The position numbers and the translations under genes were made by a program. Shown here in pieces: positions 58,741-64,000 of a stretch of 64,000 nt of DNA. The first letter of the stretch is position 1. Each line of letters opens with the position of its first letter. This DNA is from Archaeoglobi archaeon JdFR-42 (lineage in GTDB: Archaea; Halobacteriota; Archaeoglobi; Archaeoglobales; JdFR-42). The stretch is from contig MTND01000026.1 of the NCBI GenBank assembly GCA_002010305.1, forward strand, positions 78,236 to 142,235, read 5' to 3'. The notes under the pieces were generated by a model. It was not told the DNA's origin and did no database searches. It saw nothing but the letters and a program-made list of their open reading frames with translations.

Positions 58741-59340
58741 TTATTTTCTACACATATTAAGAAAGTTTTCAACAATTCTCAGACCGCTTTCTCCACTTTT
58801 TTCTGGATGGAACTGCACACCCACTACATTTTTCCTAGCGATAATAGAAGGGAATTCTTTTCCATATTCAGTGAGTGTGATGATCTCTTTGCCTTCGGTC
58901 TCCATATAATAAGAGTGTACAAAATACATGTAAGTATTATCTTCGACTCCATCTAGAATCTCGTGGTACTGCCGTATTTTGAGGTTATTCCAGCCCATGT
59001 GTGGTATTTTAACATCTCCTTGGATTCTTACCACTCTGCCTGAGATGATGTTCAGTCCCTTAAAAAGGCCTCCTTCCTCACTTTCTGTTGCATAGAGTTG
59101 CATTCCAAGGCATATACCCATAATTGGTTTGCTATTCACCCAATCCATAATGGCATCTTGCATAGGTGCGAGGTTACTGATAGCACATTTAAAAGCTCCA
59201 ACTCCTGGAAGTATGATTCCATCACAGGTTTCGAGATCTTTGAGGCCAGATGAGATGAGCGGGTGGGCATTGAATCGTTTTACAGCCATGGAAATGCTTT
59301 TGAGATTCCCTACACCGTAATCTACTATACCGATGCGCAT
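58741..59340 (-). CDS. hisH: Imidazole glycerol phosphate synthase, glutamine amidotransferase subunit
   Basis: 199 aa with 'VDYGVGNL', 'LPGVGAF', the nucleophile motif 'GICLGMQ' and 'VQFHPEKS'. Confidence 0.9.
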   Translation of the reverse strand: MRIGIVDYGVGNLKSISMAVKRFNAHPLISSGLKDLETCDGIILPGVGAFKCAISNLAPMQDAIMDWVNSKPIMGICLGMQLYATESEEGGLFKGLNIISGRVVRIQGDVKIPHMGWNNLKIRQYHEILDGVEDNTYMYFVHSYYMETEGKEIITLTEYGKEFPSIIARKNVVGVQFHPEKSGESGLRIVENFLNMCRK

Positions 59341-59440
59341 ACAACTTCTCTTTTTAATCTCATGGGTTAAAATGTTTTGCCTGATGTATCAAATATCACA
59401 ACATTTATTTACTCCAACCAATAACCAATTATTGATTGTT

Positions 59441-61270
59441 ATGAAACACATCATGCTTGGAAATGAAGCGATTGGAAGAGGCTTCATTGAGGGAGGTGTG
59501 CAGGTAGCGGTCGGATACCCTGGAACTCCTTCAACTGAGATTCTCCAGTATATCATAGATAATGCAGGAGAATACGGAATATACACAGAATGGTCTGTCA
59601 ATGAAAAGGTAGCTATGGAGGTTGCCATAGCAGGTTCAGTGGCAGGAGTTAGAAGTCTGGTAACCATGAAATCTGTGGGTTTGAATGTGGCATCAGATCC
59701 CATCAACGCTTACGCATATATGGGAGTTAGAGGTGGGATGGTTATCGTGTCCGCTGATGATCCCTCTTGCCACTCTACACATACAGAGCAGGACTCGAGA
59801 TACCATGCGAAACTGGCATATCTACCAGTATTCGAACCATCTAACCCTGGTGAAGGGAAAGACATGGCTTCTGTAGCCTTTGAGTATTCAGAGAGATGGG
59901 AGCAGCCTGTCCTTTTTAGGACAACAACTAGAATAGGGCATTCAAGGTACCCAGTTGTGTGGAAGGGTAGAAACAATGGAGATAGAGTCCCAGAATTTAT
60001 TAGAGACCTTACAAAATATGTCAATCTCCCTCAAAATGCTCGAAGGATGAGACAGGAGCTTGTAGAACGGATGGAGAAGATAAAAAAGGATATCAATAAT
60101 CTGGAGTTTAACCGTGTAGAGGGTGATGGGAGTATCGGAATTGTTGCATCTGGCATATCGTATGGTTATGTCAAAGAAGCGGTTGATAAACTGGACATTG
60201 AATGCAGAATTCTAAAGATTTCAACACCTTACCCTCTCCCTGAGGAGATGGTGGTACAATTCCTAGAAGATCTTGAGAGGGTTCTGGTGGTAGAAGAAGT
60301 TGAACCAATTGTTGAAGAAGGAATTATAAAAATTGCGAACAAACACGGTTTTTCCATTCCCATCTATGGGAAGGAATTCGTCCCTCTAACCGGGGAACTA
60401 TCTCCCGATATTGCATACAACAGTATTGCAAGATTTCTAGAGAGACCTGAAAAAGATCTTTCGAAGTTTGAAGAAATGGTAAATAGAATATCTGAGTTTA
60501 TCCCACCAAGACCTCCTGTCCTGTGCCCAGGGTGCCCTCATAGAACTGCTTTTTATTCCATAAACAGGGTGGAAAAGAAGCTTTTTAAGAAAGAAAGGAA
60601 TATAGTGAAACCTTCTGATATAGGATGTTATACTCTTGGATATCAGCCTCCTCTGAGCGCAGTAGATACTAACTTCTGCATGGGAGCAAGTGTTGGAGTT
60701 GCCAGTGGCCTTTCCAAGCTAATCGAAAAACCTGTAGTAGCAACCATAGGAGATTCTACTTTTTTCCACGCAGGGATTCCTCCCTTGCTCAATATGGTAT
60801 TTAACAGAGCGAAAGCCACTGTAATCATACTGGACAATAGAACTACAGCTATGACAGGTCATCAACCTCATCCGGGTGTTGGAAAGAACGTGAGGGGTGA
60901 AAAAGTCCCACCTATTATTGTGGAAGAGATCGTAAAGGCCTGTGGGGTTGATTTTGTCCGGGTGGTAGATGCTTTTGATGTGAAAACCTTCGAAGAGACT
61001 CTTAGAGAAGCTGTAGAATACGATGGTGTTGCAGTAATAGTCTCCAAAGGACCATGTGCACTTCTGGATGTGAGAGATAAAATAAGGGCTGGTGAGACCA
61101 TACCTGTGTATTATGTGTCAGATGATTGTACTGGATGTAAATCCTGTCTTAATTTAGGATGTCCGGCCATAACTTTCGACGAGAAAGCAGGTATAGAAGA
61201 GACCTTGTGTGTGGGATGTTCTGTGTGTGCTCAGGTATGTCCTGTTAATGCTATAAAGGTGGTCGAATGA
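59441..61270 (+). CDS. iorA: Indolepyruvate:ferredoxin oxidoreductase alpha subunit
   Basis: 'MLGNEAIGRG', 'GYPGTPSTEI', the TPP motif 'GDSTFFHAG' and two C-terminal 4Fe-4S motifs ('CTGCKSCLNLGCP', 'CVGCSVCAQVCP') are present. I chose the ATG at 59441 rather than the ORF-track 59333. Confidence 0.92.
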   Translation: MKHIMLGNEAIGRGFIEGGVQVAVGYPGTPSTEILQYIIDNAGEYGIYTEWSVNEKVAMEVAIAGSVAGVRSLVTMKSVGLNVASDPINAYAYMGVRGGMVIVSADDPSCHSTHTEQDSRYHAKLAYLPVFEPSNPGEGKDMASVAFEYSERWEQPVLFRTTTRIGHSRYPVVWKGRNNGDRVPEFIRDLTKYVNLPQNARRMRQELVERMEKIKKDINNLEFNRVEGDGSIGIVASGISYGYVKEAVDKLDIECRILKISTPYPLPEEMVVQFLEDLERVLVVEEVEPIVEEGIIKIANKHGFSIPIYGKEFVPLTGELSPDIAYNSIARFLERPEKDLSKFEEMVNRISEFIPPRPPVLCPGCPHRTAFYSINRVEKKLFKKERNIVKPSDIGCYTLGYQPPLSAVDTNFCMGASVGVASGLSKLIEKPVVATIGDSTFFHAGIPPLLNMVFNRAKATVIILDNRTTAMTGHQPHPGVGKNVRGEKVPPIIVEEIVKACGVDFVRVVDAFDVKTFEETLREAVEYDGVAVIVSKGPCALLDVRDKIRAGETIPVYYVSDDCTGCKSCLNLGCPAITFDEKAGIEETLCVGCSVCAQVCPVNAIKVVE

Positions 61271-61863
61271 ATGGCGATAAAAGTATAAACGTCGTGATGT
61301 GTGGAGTAGGTGGCCAGGGAATAGTCCTTGCATCGAGAATTCTTTCTGAGGTTGCAGTTTCAACTGGAAATCAGGTATACTGCACGGAGAGTCATGGAAT
61401 GGCTCAGAGGGGTGGATCTGTTGTAGCCCATATAAGAATAGGAAGAAGAGTCCACAGTGGGTTGATTCCATTAGGAGAGGGAGATCTTTTAATTGGCTTT
61501 GAGCCAATAGAAGCTGTTCGAAGTCTACCTTATATCAGAGAAGGTGGTAGTGCTGTGATCAATTCATATAAGATCCCCACTGTAATGAAGACCGTACCTT
61601 ATCCTGAAATAGATATGGTGGAAGGTTTCATAAGGGATCATATTAAAAAGGCTTACTTCCTAGATGCCACCTCTCTTGCAAAACCAATCAACCCAAGAAG
61701 TGTAAATATGGTGATGCTTGGAGCGGCCACAAAAATTGCCTTGCCTTTTTCCAAGAAAGAAGTGTTGGATGCCATAAAAAGCAATGTTCACGAGAGATTC
61801 TATAAGTCTAACGTGAGGGCTTTTGAAGCAGGATTTAAAGCGATGGAGGATGTTCTAGAATAG
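61267..61863 (+). CDS. iorB: Indolepyruvate:ferredoxin oxidoreductase beta subunit
   Basis: 198 aa with 'GVGGQGIVLAS' and 'ESHGMAQRGGSV'. It overlaps iorA as ATGA. Confidence 0.9.
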   Translation: MNGDKSINVVMCGVGGQGIVLASRILSEVAVSTGNQVYCTESHGMAQRGGSVVAHIRIGRRVHSGLIPLGEGDLLIGFEPIEAVRSLPYIREGGSAVINSYKIPTVMKTVPYPEIDMVEGFIRDHIKKAYFLDATSLAKPINPRSVNMVMLGAATKIALPFSKKEVLDAIKSNVHERFYKSNVRAFEAGFKAMEDVLE

Positions 61864-61918
61864 CCTCACTCCTGTTATTTTTTAAAAAAAGATTCGAGGA
61901 ATTTCTCGAGAGGAACAC

Positions 61919-62170
61919 TCAAGAAGATTCCTCAAAAGAATTTCCTCCAGCTACAGGCGGAAACATAGCCACTTCATCCCCGTCATGTAAAGTGTGCTCT
62001 ATTTCGGCCTTTTTACCGTTTACCAGAATCAGATGGGCCTCATCCCTCGGTATTTTGAGAATGTTTAAGAGATCCTCTACCTTCACCCCATATTTCAATT
62101 CTACATCCTTTTCTCGACCAAAGCGCCTCAAGGTGGCGAAGAACTTCACCTTCACTTTGATGTTCTTCAT
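61919..62170 (-). CDS. MoaD/ThiS-type ubiquitin-like beta-grasp protein with an internal di-glycine followed by a 7-aa tail
   Basis: 83 aa from 'MKNIKVKVKFFATLR'. It ends 'GDEVAMFPPVAGGNSFEESS'. Confidence 0.78.
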   Translation of the reverse strand: MKNIKVKVKFFATLRRFGREKDVELKYGVKVEDLLNILKIPRDEAHLILVNGKKAEIEHTLHDGDEVAMFPPVAGGNSFEESS

Positions 62171-62171
62171 A

Positions 62172-62432
62172 TCAATCCCTCTTTCTGAAGTACCACTTAT
62201 ACAGCAAGGACATGTTAGTGGGAAATATCCCGACCCTATCTCCATCTTTCAGAGTCCTTCCCGTGCTGGAATATTCCCCGTTTACAAATATGAGTCCTAC
62301 ATCATCCTCATCGATATTTAGATGTGAAAGGAGGGAAAAAATATCCTGGCTCTCTTCTTGTCTAAGGTGGATGACTCCGTTGTCCTTTCCAGCTTTATCT
62401 TTTAACACACCGTACAAATGCACTTCGATCAT
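62172..62432 (-). CDS. Beta-grasp (ThiS/MoaD-like, Ub-Mut7C-like) protein without a C-terminal Gly-Gly
   Basis: 86 aa from 'MIEVHLYGVL' (an alternative ATG is at 62453). 'IFVNGE....L.DGDRVGIFPTNMSLLY' is paralogous to the ORF at 62446..62703. Confidence 0.65.
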   Translation of the reverse strand: MIEVHLYGVLKDKAGKDNGVIHLRQEESQDIFSLLSHLNIDEDDVGLIFVNGEYSSTGRTLKDGDRVGIFPTNMSLLYKWYFRKRD

Positions 62433-62445
62433 AGAATTACTGCCT

Positions 62446-62703
62446 CTATACATATAGCAGGCTCATGTCACGTGGAAATATTCCAACCCTGTCTCCTTTT
62501 CTGACTTTGGAGTCTAGATCACTCAGCTTTCCGTTTATAAATATATTACTGACCTCCTCAGCTTTTATTCCAATGATATCTAGAATGTTTCTAATGGTAC
62601 CCTCGCTCATGTTTAAATTGAGGATGCTTTCTCCATCCGGTCTTTTGTCTGGAGCTACTCTCCTCAGTTTTCCGTAAAGCCGTATTTCTATGTGATTATT
62701 CAT
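62446..62703 (-). CDS. Beta-grasp (ThiS/MoaD-like, Ub-Mut7C-like) protein without a C-terminal Gly-Gly
   Basis: 85 aa from 'MNNHIEIRLYGKL'. It ends 'GDRVGIFPRDMSLLYV'. Its ATG overlaps the aor stop region by 8 nt. Confidence 0.7.
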   Translation of the reverse strand: MNNHIEIRLYGKLRRVAPDKRPDGESILNLNMSEGTIRNILDIIGIKAEEVSNIFINGKLSDLDSKVRKGDRVGIFPRDMSLLYV

Positions 62704-64000
62704 ATTTGTGGACTTTATCGAGTTCCTCATCTGGCACATCAAAAACGGTATTGTGTGGAGGGAGTGGTTCAAATTTCATAAACTCCGGCAATCTGTCGTG
62801 GGCTGAAGTAAATCCTGCCGCCTCATTGAACTTTCGTTCCATCTTCACAATATCCTGTCCCAAGGATACAGCATCATCCACACTCCATTCTGTGCCAAGG
62901 ACGCCATTGCAAGTTTCGACCATTCCTTCAAAACCCTCAGGAATATCAATTATTGCGAAGGCCGTGAACAGACAGTATCCGGTTGAATCTATAAAGGCTG
63001 TGGACGCCTGGAAATTTCTCGATAGTTCGGCCTTGGTGGGTTCGAAGGGATCTGCCTTTCCTCCTACGTTGAGTATCTCTGTTGCTATGGTATACCCAGA
63101 AGTGTGGTCTGCTCCCATGGTAGATGTGGCATAGGTAACGCCTATACCCTTAACAGCTCTTGGTTCATAGGCTGGCATGGCCTGTCCTTTCACAACAGGA
63201 ACTCGGGTTACCCCTAACGCTTTTCCTGTGAAAGCGGCTCCATTACCCAAGATTTTTCCAAGAGCTGTACCTTTGTCTATCTCCTTCAACAACTCAATAG
63301 CTTTTTCCCCATCTCCGAATTCAGCCAGACCCCCTTCCATGGCGACAGCTATAGTATTACCCGCCTCTATGGTATCAAGACCTATGTCATTGCATATCTT
63401 TATCAATTCTCCTGTTACATCAAGGCTATCGATCCCACAGTTGGGTCCAAAAGCCCAGATGGATTCATATTCCTGCACAGAGACAAGCTCCTCACCATTT
63501 TCCTTTGGCCATATGTTTGAACACCGAATTATACACCCGGGATGACAGGGGTGTCCTGTTTTACCTGCACCGCCCCTCTTTTTCACTCCTTCTGCAAGAG
63601 CTTCTCCAGATACTTTTGCAGCCCCTTCAAATCGTCCGCTAGAGAAGTTTCTCGTGGGTAATCCGCCTGCTTCATTCATTATATTGATCAGAACGGCGGT
63701 TCCATAGGAATTCAAAGCTCCACCTAGTTTGGTAACATCGTGGGTCTGAAGAGCCTCAACCAGCTTCTTCTTCCCTTCTTTGAATTTTTCCTTATCAGCC
63801 ATTTTCACTCCTGGTGCCTCTTTCCCATCGACAACAATGAACTTGAGGCCTTTCGAGGCCATCACTGCGCCAAGACCCCCTCTACCGGCATATCTGCTTG
63901 GCCTACCCTCGAGATCATTGAAACACACTCCGGAGTTGGCCATAAGCATTTCAGCCGATTTTCCTACTCCGCATATCCCCACAGCATCTCCAAATTCTCT
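62696..64000 (-). CDS. aor: Tungsten/molybdenum aldehyde:ferredoxin oxidoreductase (AOR family); the N-terminus lies outside the window
   Basis: The frame is open to the window edge (434 codons present). 'YAGRGGLGAVMASKGLKFIVV', 'GHPCHPGCIIRC' and 'GADHTSGY' are typical of AOR-family enzymes. Confidence 0.93.
   Translation of the reverse strand, partial: REFGDAVGICGVGKSAEMLMANSGVCFNDLEGRPSRYAGRGGLGAVMASKGLKFIVVDGKEAPGVKMADKEKFKEGKKKLVEALQTHDVTKLGGALNSYGTAVLINIMNEAGGLPTRNFSSGRFEGAAKVSGEALAEGVKKRGGAGKTGHPCHPGCIIRCSNIWPKENGEELVSVQEYESIWAFGPNCGIDSLDVTGELIKICNDIGLDTIEAGNTIAVAMEGGLAEFGDGEKAIELLKEIDKGTALGKILGNGAAFTGKALGVTRVPVVKGQAMPAYEPRAVKGIGVTYATSTMGADHTSGYTIATEILNVGGKADPFEPTKAELSRNFQASTAFIDSTGYCLFTAFAIIDIPEGFEGMVETCNGVLGTEWSVDDAVSLGQDIVKMERKFNEAAGFTSAHDRLPEFMKFEPLPPHNTVFDVPDEELDKVHKYE

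Noticed and set aside
58741-59340. hisH standing alone without an adjacent hisF or other his genes.
   Set aside because: Histidine genes are commonly scattered in archaeal genomes. Nothing can be concluded from a 64-kb window.
59333-59440. N-terminal extensions in the ORF track. They comprise iorA from 59333, ndk from 6687, pcn from 37203, purE from 15795, argC from 42123, the HTH regulator from 46660 and the NIP7-like gene from 34608.
   Set aside because: The extensions overlap neighbouring genes or promoters and add residues absent from the conserved family N-termini. Internal ATGs that match the family start and remove the overlaps were preferred.
1-64000. A search by eye for CRISPR repeats, rRNA, transposase or integrase genes, inteins and tRNA introns.
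   Set aside because: I found no regularly spaced direct repeats and no rRNA-like conserved blocks. No recombinase or transposase motifs were seen in any ORF. polB, aIF5B and other typical intein hosts are of normal length with contiguous motifs. All three tRNAs are 72 to 73 nt with uninterrupted anticodon loops.

Overview
All calls were made by eye from the sequence and the ORF track; no searches were run. This is a densely packed, moderately AT-rich chromosomal segment with about 73 protein genes and 3 tRNAs. Spacers are mostly under 100 bp and many start/stop codons overlap as ATGA. It is clearly archaeal: rpS6e, rpL24e, rpS28e and rpL7Ae, aIF5B, family-B DNA polymerase, PriL, PCNA, TFS and an archaeosortase are all present. 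The gene content suggests a peptide-fermenting euryarchaeon; a Thermoplasmata/DHVE2-like organism is only a guess. Content in order: alaS-cofE; a ribosomal/aIF5B/ndk cluster; a korDABG-sucCD block; purE; a TetR/beta-sandwich/MacB-type ABC operon; tRNA-Gly; two Glu-dehydrogenase paralogs; a short ThiI; polB; an Hps-RraA fusion; a secreted Lon-like protease with a PGF-CTERM signal; a radical SAM/SPASM enzyme; an MFS transporter; NIP7-like, priL, pcn, tfs, Nudix and PHP genes; an artA-psd-pssA operon; argC; a RecJ-like gene; tRNA-Ala; nnr; pdxS-pdxT; rlmE; an FTR-rubredoxin fusion; tRNA-Gln; larB; hisH; iorAB; and a 5'-truncated aor followed by three beta-grasp genes. I saw no rRNA, CRISPR array, transposase, integrase or obvious prophage or defence island. 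The most interesting observations are these. (1) A threonine-synthase-like domain lacks its Schiff-base lysine, is fused to a PadR-type wHTH, and is transcribed divergently from pdxST; it is a candidate archaeal vitamin-B6 regulator analogous to bacterial PdxR. (2) The PriL N-terminal domain carries a ferredoxin-type 8-Cys insertion. (3) AOR is followed by a tandem array of three ubiquitin-like beta-grasp genes. (4) The archaeosortase/PssD/PssA operon has a PGF-CTERM substrate nearby. (5) A radical SAM/SPASM protein has a Cys-rich N-terminal extension. (6) A pair of uncharacterised membrane-protein paralogs each sits next to a PurE-superfamily gene.
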